Source: Candidatus Aenigmatarchaeota archaeon
Lineage (GTDB): Archaea > Aenigmatarchaeota > Aenigmatarchaeia > Aenigmatarchaeales > Aenigmatarchaeaceae
Assembly (NCBI GenBank): GCA_017609445.1
Contig: JAFCDY010000002.1
Span: forward strand, 1 to 54,998
Direction of reading: 5' to 3'
Length of the DNA stretch: 54,998 nucleotides
The notes beneath the pieces were generated by a model. The model was not told where the DNA came from. It did not search any database and worked only from the letters and a program-made list of their open reading frames with translations. The number at the start of each line of letters is the position of its first letter. The stretch's first letter is position 1. The position numbers were made by a program, and so were the translations under genes. Below, in pieces: positions 18,101 to 26,391 of this stretch.

Positions 18101-18857
18101 AAAAGATTATGTTAAAAAAATAGTTGAAAGTGATATGAGGATCGATGAAAGAGGTCTTCTTGATTTCAGAGAAATGAAGGTTGAGACAGGAGTTGTTTCA
18201 AGTGCAGAAGGCTCTGCCAGGGTTACTATAGGAAAAACACAAGTTTTAGTTGGAATAAAGATGTCAGTGGGCAAACCCTTCCCAGACACTCCTGCAGAAG
18301 GAGTGATGATGGTTGGAGTTGAATTTTCTCCAATAGCGTCACCTGATTTCGAACCTGGACCGCCAAGCCCAGAAGCAACCGAAGTGGCTAGGGTCGTGGA
18401 CAGGGGAATAAGAGAAAGCAAGTGCATTGATCTGGAAAAACTATGTATTACAGAAAATGAAGAAGTCTGGATGATTAGCATTGATATACATGTGTTAAAC
18501 CATGATGGAAATCTGATGGATGCGTCTTCGCTTGGAGCAATAGCCGCACTTTTAAATACGCAAATACCAAAATGTGAAAACGGGAAGGCCGTGTTCGGAG
18601 AATATAGTGGGAAACTTCCAATAAGAGACAAACCAATAGAGGTCACAATCAATAAAATATCAAACAAGTTTTTGATTGACCCTTGTCTCGAAGAGGAAGA
18701 GGCAGTTGACGCAAGGCTGACGTTTGCATTAAATGAGAAGGATGATATATGCGCGATGCAGAAAGGCGGAAAGGGACACTTCACTGTAGATGAAATAAAA
18801 CGGGCCCTTGAGATAGCAACCGAAAAAAGCAAACAAATAAGAAGCTTAATATCATAG
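18090..18857 (+). CDS. rrp42: Exosome complex component Rrp42
   Basis: RIDERGLLDFREMKVETGVVSSAEGSARV, an RNase PH-like fold, and its position after rrp41. Confidence 0.9.
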   Translation: MKDRKDYVKKIVESDMRIDERGLLDFREMKVETGVVSSAEGSARVTIGKTQVLVGIKMSVGKPFPDTPAEGVMMVGVEFSPIASPDFEPGPPSPEATEVARVVDRGIRESKCIDLEKLCITENEEVWMISIDIHVLNHDGNLMDASSLGAIAALLNTQIPKCENGKAVFGEYSGKLPIRDKPIEVTINKISNKFLIDPCLEEEEAVDARLTFALNEKDDICAMQKGGKGHFTVDEIKRALEIATEKSKQIRSLIS

Positions 18858-18864
18858 TGATACC

Positions 18865-19116
18865 ATGCCGAGAACAAAAAAGGTAGGAAGAACTGGTAGA
18901 TACGGAGTCAGATACGGAACTCGAACAAAAAAAATAGTTAGAGCTATAGAGAAAAGACAAAAGACAAGACAGGAGTGCCCGTATTGCGAAAGACTTACCT
19001 TGAATAGAGCAGCCGCAGGTATATGGGAATGCAAAAAATGCAAGGTTAAGTTTGCGGGTGCAGCTTACTTCCCAAAATCTGCAATAAAATTCCAAGAGGG
19101 TGAAAAAGGTGTATAG
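18865..19116 (+). CDS. rpl37ae: 50S ribosomal protein L37Ae
   Basis: MPRTKKVGRTGRYGVRYG... plus a zinc ribbon CPYC...CKKC. Confidence 0.9.
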   Translation: MPRTKKVGRTGRYGVRYGTRTKKIVRAIEKRQKTRQECPYCERLTLNRAAAGIWECKKCKVKFAGAAYFPKSAIKFQEGEKGV

Positions 19117-19243
19117 TTGTTTGAAGTGCGGGAAGGATGTAGAAATGGACCAGATAAAAGATAAGATAAGATGCCCTTTTTTTTTATTTAGAATAATCGT
19201 AAAAGAGAGGCCTAAGAAGACAATAAAGGTCGCTGCAAAGTGA
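19100..19243 (+). CDS. rpoP: RNA polymerase subunit P (RpoP/Rpo12)-like small protein with a degenerate second Cys pair
   Basis: Own translation (GTG start): MKKVYSCLKCGKDVEMDQIKDKIRCPFFLFRIIVKERPKKTIKVAAK*. The CxxC...RCP..RI..K.R layout and the position after L37Ae match RpoP, but the second CxxC reads CPFF. Confidence 0.5.
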   Translation: MKKVYSCLKCGKDVEMDQIKDKIRCPFFLFRIIVKERPKKTIKVAAK

Positions 19244-19467
19244 TGTTCTTGAAGGCTGATATAGAGATAGAACACAACGATCCTGATCTGGTAGTCAAAT
19301 CGATCAAACCTGATATTGATGTTAAAGATAAATTCAACGTGAAAATGTATTCGGAGGAGAATAAAATAAAGTTAGTGGTTGAGTCCAAAGACATAACAGG
19401 CCTGTTGGCTGGAGTCAACTCATACTTGAGGCTCATAAGAGCGGTAACTGACACAGGAGGTAATTAA
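19243..19467 (+). CDS. pcc1: KEOPS complex subunit Pcc1
   Basis: ADIEIEH...KLVVESKDITGLLAGVNSYLRLIRAV matches the Pcc1 C-terminal pattern (LRa.vNSyLRwi). It lies before prefoldin beta, as in other archaea. Confidence 0.7.
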   Translation: MFLKADIEIEHNDPDLVVKSIKPDIDVKDKFNVKMYSEENKIKLVVESKDITGLLAGVNSYLRLIRAVTDTGGN

Positions 19468-19830
19468 ATGGAAGAACCAATGAAGCTGTCACCACAAGCA
19501 CAGCAAGCTTTGATACAAATGCAGACTTTTCAACAGCAGATGCATGGAATTGTGTTGCAGAAAGAAACATTAAACTTACAGAATATGGAGATAAGTAAAG
19601 CCCTCGATGAATTGGAAAAAGCAAAAGATGGTGACGATGTTTTCAAGGCAGTTGGCCCTATTCTCATAAAATCTTCAAAAAAAGACATGGAAAAAGATCT
19701 GAAAGAGAAAAAGGAAACAATAGGCCTGAGGGTAAACAATTTGGAGAAGCAAGAAGGGAAACTTCAAGAGAAAATGAAGGAAGTTCAGAAAAAGATCCAA
19801 GACATACTAAAACCTAAGACAGCAGAATAG
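19468..19830 (+). CDS. pfdB: Prefoldin subunit beta
   Basis: Two coiled-coil arms flank a beta hairpin (VFKAVGPILIKSSK), and the protein is 120 aa long. Confidence 0.85.
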   Translation: MEEPMKLSPQAQQALIQMQTFQQQMHGIVLQKETLNLQNMEISKALDELEKAKDGDDVFKAVGPILIKSSKKDMEKDLKEKKETIGLRVNNLEKQEGKLQEKMKEVQKKIQDILKPKTAE

Positions 19831-19858
19831 TTTTATAGTGCGTCTTACAATTATTCTT

Positions 19859-20824
19859 ATGATTAGACAGATAGCCAAAGAGTTGAAAAATTATAGTGGT
19901 AATGTATTAGTTCTAACTCACCACAACGCAGACATAGATGCAATAGCTTCATCCATTGGGATGTTCCACTGTTTGAAGGAACTTGGCCTCAAGGTGGATA
20001 TCGGTGTTTCTGAATCTGTTTCCAGAACAGCAAAAAGAATAAGTAAAGATTATGATGTTAAGACAAATCCAGATTGCAGAAAATATGACAAAATAATTTT
20101 AGTCGAAACATCTGTCCCTGAGCAGCTGAAAGGAGTGAAGAATCTTAAGGTTGATATGATAATAGATCACCATCTACCCGGAAAGCTTGCTGATGTGGAA
20201 GTAAAGTGGATTGATCCTTCTTTCAAATCAACAACACAGATGATATATCTAATTCTCAGAGAGCTTGATGTTCCTGTTGATAAGAATCTGGCTAGATTAT
20301 TGGCAGCAGGAATAATAGCTGACACAAAATATCTCAGGATAGCTGATGTTAGTTCTCTAGAAACAATCATCGAGCTGATGAAAAAGGGAATAACAATCGA
20401 AGATTCTATGGGCATGATAGCCATGAAGCCTGATATTTCCGAAGTTGTAGCGTGTCTGAGAGCAGCAAAGAGGCTAGAGATGTACAGAGTAGGTGACTTG
20501 ATTTTGGTCTTTTCTAAAGTGGCCTCGCATGAAGCAGCTGCCGCCAGATCCCTTGTAAGAATCGGATCAGATATAGCTGTGGTAGCTGCCATAAAAGAAA
20601 AGGAGTTGAGAATATCATCAAGAGGAAATTCCAAGATACTTGGATATAACATAGACTTGTCAGAGATCTTCAAAGAAGTCGGTGAGGCAATAGATGGTTC
20701 TGGCGGTGGACATGATTTAGCTGGCTCAGCTAACGGGAAGAATATAAAAGCAGCTGATAATGCCTTTAGATTAATTCTAAAACAAATATCTGAAAAAACT
20801 TGCAAAAAAGTAAAAAAATTGTAA
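19859..20824 (+). CDS. DHH-family phosphoesterase (NrnA/RecJ-like, DHH + DHHA1)
   Basis: Motifs HHNADIDAIAS, IIDHH and GGGHDLAGSA. The track ORF begins at an upstream GTG (19838). Confidence 0.8.
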   Translation: MIRQIAKELKNYSGNVLVLTHHNADIDAIASSIGMFHCLKELGLKVDIGVSESVSRTAKRISKDYDVKTNPDCRKYDKIILVETSVPEQLKGVKNLKVDMIIDHHLPGKLADVEVKWIDPSFKSTTQMIYLILRELDVPVDKNLARLLAAGIIADTKYLRIADVSSLETIIELMKKGITIEDSMGMIAMKPDISEVVACLRAAKRLEMYRVGDLILVFSKVASHEAAAARSLVRIGSDIAVVAAIKEKELRISSRGNSKILGYNIDLSEIFKEVGEAIDGSGGGHDLAGSANGKNIKAADNAFRLILKQISEKTCKKVKKL

Positions 20825-20874
20825 ACAGAAAACAATTTAAATATGAAACTGCAAGTAAGTTCTCAGGTGTCATA

Positions 20875-21117
20875 ATGTTCGAGAGTATAATTAAACTGAT
20901 AGAACAGATTGCATCAGACAGAACAGTTCCGAGAAACATTAGAACCAAATGCGAAGAATCTGTCGAGATATTGGGAAACGAAAAAGATGCAGTAGATATA
21001 AGGATAAATGCAGTTGTTGGAATAATGGATGAAGTGTCAAATGACCCGAATATACCGATGTACACAAGAACTCAGGTCTGGAACATTGTATCAGCTCTCG
21101 AAAGTATCGAGAAATAA
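20875..21117 (+). CDS. UPF0147-family small archaeal protein
   Basis: IASDRTVPRNIRTKCEE...SNDPNIPMYTRTQVWNIVSALE matches the UPF0147 pattern. The ATG is at 20875 within track ORF 20800-21117. Confidence 0.7.
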   Translation: MFESIIKLIEQIASDRTVPRNIRTKCEESVEILGNEKDAVDIRINAVVGIMDEVSNDPNIPMYTRTQVWNIVSALESIEK

Positions 21118-21164
21118 GATATATAAATGGAATATAGCAATAATAATTATGGTATAGTGGAGGT

Positions 21165-21506
21165 ATGAAAATGGTTCTAGAAAGACTATTTGGCAAGTCA
21201 CTTGAAGAAGGGGAGTTTATTGAACTTGATACAGCTAGCGTTGATACGCCTTCTGGAAAGATACCAATAAGGGTAGAGAAAATAGATGACTTTTCAGATT
21301 CTGACAGGATACAGAAAGCTGTTAGAGACGGATCAATTGTTTTAGCTAAAATAAAGTCTCTAAAAGACAAGGACTTATCAGAATTGAAGAGGGCAATCGA
21401 CAAGTTAAGAAAGACCTGTGTCGCAATAAACGGTGATATTGCAGGTATAGACGAAGATTGGATTGTTCTTTGTCCAAGCTTTGCTCACATCGCTAGAGAG
21501 ATGTAA
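21165..21506 (+). CDS. sepF: Cell division protein SepF homolog
   Basis: The archaeal SepF layout is present: FIELD..., IRVEKIDDFSDSDRIQKAVRDGSIVLAKI, then INGDIAGIDEDWIVLCP. An SD-like GGAGG lies upstream. Confidence 0.7.
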   Translation: MKMVLERLFGKSLEEGEFIELDTASVDTPSGKIPIRVEKIDDFSDSDRIQKAVRDGSIVLAKIKSLKDKDLSELKRAIDKLRKTCVAINGDIAGIDEDWIVLCPSFAHIAREM

Positions 21507-21508
21507 GA

Positions 21509-23005
21509 TCATTGTATCTTTTTGAAGAGAATCTCTCCTTTCTTTACTTTTGTACCTGATTTCAGAAGTCCCCACTCTAGATTATCCCATTTTATATCTT
21601 CTTCCTTGAGACCCAACTGCTCCATAATTTTTACAGAAGCATTGGGCATGAATGGATACAGTAGAATAGAAGTTATCCTAAGGTATTCTAAAAGATTATA
21701 GAGTATATTTGAAAGTCTGTCTTCGTCCATCATCTCCCAGGGTTTTGTGTCGTTGATATATCTATTCAACAGAGCAACTATCTTCCATGCTTCAGATATA
21801 GCAGATTGGAACTTGAAATCATCCATAAAGTCTTCATAGTCCTCTGGGATAAATTTGAATATGGGTTTGAACAAATCCCTCTTACCTTCAGGAACTGTTC
21901 CTCCATTTTTTTCAACCAGCGACAGAACCCTCAGAACCAAGTTTCCTAGATCTCCTGCCAGGTTTGAGTTTATCTTTTTAGCAATTGCCTCCTCTGTAAA
22001 ATCACCATCATCTGCTGATGGAATCTCATTAAGTAGATAATACCTAAATGCATCTACTCCATACTTATCTATCTGAACAAACGGGTCAATAACATTTCCC
22101 ATTGTCTTTGACATCTTCTTACCCTGCGATGTTATGAATCCGTGGACAAAAAGTTTCTTGGGAAGAACAATGCCGGCAGACAACAACATTGCTGACCATA
22201 TAACAGCATGGAACCTTAGAATATCTTTCCCTATGAAATGTATCTCTGCTGGCCAGTATTTATTAAATTTCTTTTCGTCGTAAGTATAGCCAATTCCTGA
22301 GAGATAGTTTGTCAACGCATCACACCAGACATACATTATCTGTGAGTCGTCGTCTGGGACGGGGATTCCCCAATCCAAAGATCTCTTGTCCCTAGAAAAA
22401 CTAACATCTGTCAATCCGCTATTAATGAAACTGATTATTTCATTTCTCCTCTTTTTTGGTATTATTCTATATTCTCCTGCTTTTATTTTATTGGCTAGTT
22501 CTTCAGAATATTTTGATAGCCTGAAGAAATAGTTCTCTTCCTCAACCAAATCAGGTTTTTTGTTATGAAGTGGGCATAGACCATCCACAAGTTCTTTTTC
22601 TGTGATGAATTTCTCACAGCCAGTGCAATACCTACCCTTATATTTTTTCTTGTAGATATCTCCTGACTCAACTAATTTTCTCCATATCTTTTGCGCAGTT
22701 GGCCAGTGTCTTTCTTTATCGGTAGTTCTTATGTAATCGTTGTTCGAGATGTTCAAAATGTCTATTAACTTTTTGACAGATAATGTGTTATCGTCTACAA
22801 ATTGCTGCGTAGTCTTGCCAATGTCCTTAGCAGCTCTCTGGTTCTTCAACCCGTTTTCATCACTTCCTGTTAAAAAGAATACATCATCTCCAAGAATTCT
22901 ATGGAATCTGGCAATGGCGTCTGCTTGAACCAGTTCTAGGGCAAATCCTATGTGCGGCTTTGCATTAGTATATATAATTGATGTTGTTATGTAGAACTTC
23001 TTGAT
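21509..23005 (-). CDS. metG: Methionyl-tRNA synthetase; the conserved N-terminus begins at an ATC codon with no canonical start
   Basis: Own translation upstream of the track ORF gives IKKFYITTSIIYTNAKPHIGFALELVQADAIARFHRILGDDVFFLTGSDENG. Further in are a Zn knuckle (CTGC..CPLH) and KMSKT. The in-frame upstream sequence is ATG GTG ATT TAA. Confidence 0.85.
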   Translation of the reverse strand: MKKFYITTSIIYTNAKPHIGFALELVQADAIARFHRILGDDVFFLTGSDENGLKNQRAAKDIGKTTQQFVDDNTLSVKKLIDILNISNNDYIRTTDKERHWPTAQKIWRKLVESGDIYKKKYKGRYCTGCEKFITEKELVDGLCPLHNKKPDLVEEENYFFRLSKYSEELANKIKAGEYRIIPKKRRNEIISFINSGLTDVSFSRDKRSLDWGIPVPDDDSQIMYVWCDALTNYLSGIGYTYDEKKFNKYWPAEIHFIGKDILRFHAVIWSAMLLSAGIVLPKKLFVHGFITSQGKKMSKTMGNVIDPFVQIDKYGVDAFRYYLLNEIPSADDGDFTEEAIAKKINSNLAGDLGNLVLRVLSLVEKNGGTVPEGKRDLFKPIFKFIPEDYEDFMDDFKFQSAISEAWKIVALLNRYINDTKPWEMMDEDRLSNILYNLLEYLRITSILLYPFMPNASVKIMEQLGLKEEDIKWDNLEWGLLKSGTKVKKGEILFKKIQ

Positions 23006-23036
23006 TTAAATCACCATAAGAGATAATGTTCTCGAA

Positions 23037-23049
23037 TATTTAAAAAACA
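23037..23049 (-). promoter_or_regulatory. TATA box (TTTTTTAAATATT on the minus strand) upstream of metG
   Basis: Read from the sequence. It lies about 25 bp upstream of the minus-strand ATG at 23017-23015. Confidence 0.45.
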
Positions 23050-23055
23050 GGGGGA

Positions 23056-24225
23056 CTAAATCCCTGCCTGCTTCTTCAACTCGTCTGCCTTGTCTGTTTT
23101 CTCCCAGGTGAAGTCTGGATCGTTTCTCCCGAAGTGTCCATAGGCAGCTGTCTTCCTATAGATCGGTCTCAACAAATCCAAGGTCTTTATGATTCCTTTC
23201 GGAGTCATGTCAAAATTCTTGTTGACTAACTCTACTATCTTTTCTTCCGGAATTTTCCCTGTTCTGAAAGTATTGACCATAACTGAAACAGGTTTTGCGA
23301 TTCCTATTGCGTAAGCTATCTGAACTTCGCACTTGTCTGCCAGTCCGGCTGCGACAATATTCTTTGCGACATATCTTGCCATATAGGCTGCTGACCTGTC
23401 TACCTTTGTCGGACACTTGCCAGACATACATCCTCCGCCATGACTACCAACGCCACCATATGTGTCCACGATTATCTTTCGTCCAGTAACTCCTGAATCA
23501 CCCGGAGGACCGCCGATGACAAATCTTCCAGTGGGATTAATATAATACTTTGTTTTCTCGTCAACCCAGTCTTTACAGATTGGAAGTATTACTTTTTCCT
23601 TCACCTGTTTTCTTATTTCTTCTGTGCTGATCTCTGGGTCGTGTTGAGTTGAAACAACAATAGTGTCAACTCTTATTGGTTTTCCATTGTTATATTCTAC
23701 TGTGACTTGAGACTTTCCATCTGGCCTTACCCAAGCGAGTTCTTTTTTCTTCCTGACCTCAGCCAATCTCATTGTCAGCTTATGGGCAAGGGATATTGGT
23801 AATGGCATCAGCTCTTCTGTCTCGTTACTAGCATAGCCAAACATCAAACCTTGATCGCCTGCTCCCTGTTCTTCCCCCAACTTTCCTTCCACGGCCCTGT
23901 CATCAACACCCTGAGCAATATCAGGACTCTGTTCATGCATAGCAACAAGAACAGCACACTGGTCAGCATCAAATCCATATTTGGGGTCATCGTAACCGAT
24001 TTCTCTTATAACCTTTCTTACTGTATCTTGGACGTCAACATAACCTTTTGTATTGACCTCGCCTGCGACAATTATGATTCCTGTTGTTGTTAGGCATTCA
24101 ATACCAGTTCTACTGTTAGGATCCTGCTTAAGCAGCTCGTCCAACAGAGCATCTGAAACCTGATCACATACCTTGTCTGGGTGACCTTCGGTAACAGATT
24201 CTGAAGTAAAAAGATGTCTTGTCAT
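23056..24225 (-). CDS. metK: S-adenosylmethionine synthetase, bacterial/eukaryotic MetK type
   Basis: [55 protein letters not shown] and [23 protein letters not shown] are near-colinear with bacterial MetK. Confidence 0.95.
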   Translation of the reverse strand: MTRHLFTSESVTEGHPDKVCDQVSDALLDELLKQDPNSRTGIECLTTTGIIIVAGEVNTKGYVDVQDTVRKVIREIGYDDPKYGFDADQCAVLVAMHEQSPDIAQGVDDRAVEGKLGEEQGAGDQGLMFGYASNETEELMPLPISLAHKLTMRLAEVRKKKELAWVRPDGKSQVTVEYNNGKPIRVDTIVVSTQHDPEISTEEIRKQVKEKVILPICKDWVDEKTKYYINPTGRFVIGGPPGDSGVTGRKIIVDTYGGVGSHGGGCMSGKCPTKVDRSAAYMARYVAKNIVAAGLADKCEVQIAYAIGIAKPVSVMVNTFRTGKIPEEKIVELVNKNFDMTPKGIIKTLDLLRPIYRKTAAYGHFGRNDPDFTWEKTDKADELKKQAGI

Positions 24226-24339
24226 TATATCTTACCCCCTAATTTAGTTGAGATAGTGTATTGATCGCCAGTATTAATATTTAATTGTTAGTAACATTCC
24301 GATAGGAATATTTATATGGATAAAAAATTATTGATAGTT

Positions 24340-24888
24340 ATGGAAATAAAAGATATCAGAACGCTGAGAAAGAAATATGGACTAACTCAAAAAGAACTAG
24401 CTGTCAAGTCAGGGGTTTCTCAATCATTAATAGCCAAGATAGAGTCTGGAAGAATAGATCCAGCATATTCCAAAGTTATGGTTATCATAGATGTCTTGAA
24501 GCAACTGGAAGAAAAGAAGTCAATAAAATTGAAAGACGTCATGAACAAGAAACTGATGCTCATCCATAGAAAGGATAAGGTATCCAAAGCTGTGAAGCTA
24601 ATGAAACATCATAAAATATCCCAGTTACCTGTTTTTGACAAGAATGTTTGTGTTGGGAGCATATCTGAAAAAACTATTCTGGAAAGAGTGACCTCAGGCG
24701 AGGACCTGAGAGGACTGTCCAGAAAAAACGTTGAATCCATAATGGAGGAGGCGTTTCCTCAGGTTGATGAGAACACACCTATAAGTGTGATATCTGAGCT
24801 TCTCGCGAGAAGATACGCAATCCTGATAACCAAAAGGGGCAAGACGATAGGGATTGTCACCAAAGCTGATTTATTGAAAGTTATTTGA
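24340..24888 (+). CDS. XRE-type HTH plus CBS-pair transcriptional regulator
   Basis: The HTH is LTQKELAVKSGVSQSLIAKIESGR, followed by two CBS-like repeats. The ATG at 24340 is favoured over 24316 because of the TATA position. Confidence 0.75.
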   Translation: MEIKDIRTLRKKYGLTQKELAVKSGVSQSLIAKIESGRIDPAYSKVMVIIDVLKQLEEKKSIKLKDVMNKKLMLIHRKDKVSKAVKLMKHHKISQLPVFDKNVCVGSISEKTILERVTSGEDLRGLSRKNVESIMEEAFPQVDENTPISVISELLARRYAILITKRGKTIGIVTKADLLKVI

Positions 24889-25648
24889 GAATATTTGCAA
24901 TAGACTTCATGACTAGGTTTGGTTCGTTTATTCCTGTAGCAACCAGGTAGTTTTTCTCGTTGTCTGATCCTGTCAACACCAGAACTGTTTTGAAACCCAT
25001 GATATTTCCAAGAGCGATGTCAGACTTGCACTCATCGCCGAAGAAAATAGTTTTTTCAGGATCCAGATTCAAAACCTTTACTTCGTCGACCATGAACTGT
25101 GAAGGCTTCCCTATTAGGGTCGCTTCCCTTCCACAACAAGACTCTATTGCAAGAGCTACAGCACCAGAACCAATTTTTCTGTCTTTGCCGTGAACCCAGG
25201 CCCCACCCAAAGCTGTCTTATAAAACTCAACTCCATTTGAAAGAATAGTACATGCTTTTGACATATTGTCAAAGTTAACGTTCCTGCTCTCTGTGACTAT
25301 AACAGCATCAGCCCTTGATTCAACAACCTTGATTCTCGATCTTCTCAGTTCAGATATCATCCCCTCTCCTATACAAAAAACTTTTTTGTTTTTTAGGACT
25401 TTCTTGGCAGGAAGGCTGGGATTTATTATTTGTCCAGTGGATGCCTTTATCCCAAAGTTCTGAAGTTTTTTTGCGAGACCTTCTCTAGTCAAAAGAGTGT
25501 TGTTCGTAAGAAATACTATGTTTTTATTTTTCCTTCTCAAGACTTGGAAGACCTGTATTGCTTTGGGAACTAGCTTGTTCCAGGTCCACACTGTTCCGTC
25601 TAAGTCAAATACAAAGTTATCATACTCTGAGAAGTCTTTTAATATCAT
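24881..25648 (-). CDS. HAD-superfamily hydrolase, subfamily IIA (NagD-like phosphatase)
   Basis: Motif I FVFDLDGTVW, motif II FLTNN, and C-terminal FGDECKSDI. Confidence 0.8.
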   Translation of the reverse strand: MILKDFSEYDNFVFDLDGTVWTWNKLVPKAIQVFQVLRRKNKNIVFLTNNTLLTREGLAKKLQNFGIKASTGQIINPSLPAKKVLKNKKVFCIGEGMISELRRSRIKVVESRADAVIVTESRNVNFDNMSKACTILSNGVEFYKTALGGAWVHGKDRKIGSGAVALAIESCCGREATLIGKPSQFMVDEVKVLNLDPEKTIFFGDECKSDIALGNIMGFKTVLVLTGSDNEKNYLVATGINEPNLVMKSIANILK

Positions 25649-25710
25649 GAATAATAAATCGAGAACATGGTTTATAAATTTTTATATTCTAGAAAAAGAC
25701 ATTAGTCGTT

Positions 25711-26391
25711 ATGAAACATATGATAGAACTGAGAAATGTTCACAAAAATTACCAGTTAGGTGACTATGTCCTTCACGTCTTGAAGGGGATCAACCTTAGA
25801 ATAAGAGAAGGCGAAAGATTAGCAATACTTGGTAAATCTGGTTCTGGAAAATCTACGTTATTGAATATGGTCGGGGTACTGGACAATCCGACTAGGGGGG
25901 ATGTGTTCATAGACGGCAAGAACGTTTCCCAGATGACCGAGAACCAATTGGCTAGATTAAGAGGTAAGAAAATAGGATTTGTCTTCCAATTCTTTCATCT
26001 GATACCTAGCATGAATGTTCTGCAGAATGTTCTCCTTCCAATGACCTTCTTTGGCAAGAAAGATGTTAACAAAGCGAAAAAAATACTGAGATTGGTCGGC
26101 CTCGGACACAGAATAGAATATATGCCGAGACAGTTAAGTGGTGGAGAAAGACAGAGGGTAGCAATAGCCAGAGCATTAATAAATGATCCAGAGATAGTCT
26201 TGGCTGACGAACCTACTGGGAATCTAGACTCAAAATCAGGAAAACAGGTGTTAGATACATTATTAAAGATAAACAAACAGAATAACATAACATTGGTGAT
26301 AATAACACATGATGTTTCGATAACAAAAAAGATGAATCGAATTGTGTATATGAAGGATGGTAAAATCGTAAAGGAGAGGTGTAAAAAATGA
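25711..26391 (+). CDS. ABC transporter ATP-binding protein (MacB/LolD/FtsE-like)
   Basis: Walker A GKSGSGKST, Q-loop, signature LSGGERQR and Walker B LADEPTGNLD. Confidence 0.9.
   Translation: MKHMIELRNVHKNYQLGDYVLHVLKGINLRIREGERLAILGKSGSGKSTLLNMVGVLDNPTRGDVFIDGKNVSQMTENQLARLRGKKIGFVFQFFHLIPSMNVLQNVLLPMTFFGKKDVNKAKKILRLVGLGHRIEYMPRQLSGGERQRVAIARALINDPEIVLADEPTGNLDSKSGKQVLDTLLKINKQNNITLVIITHDVSITKKMNRIVYMKDGKIVKERCKK

Noticed and set aside
18107-18877. 256-aa minus-strand ORF, and the 164-aa ORF at 18781-19275
   Set aside because: They are antisense to rrp42, rpl37ae and rpoP, which have unambiguous signatures. They have no start context or motifs.
20167-20835. 222-aa minus-strand ORF
   Set aside because: It is antisense to the DHH phosphoesterase gene and is a shadow frame.
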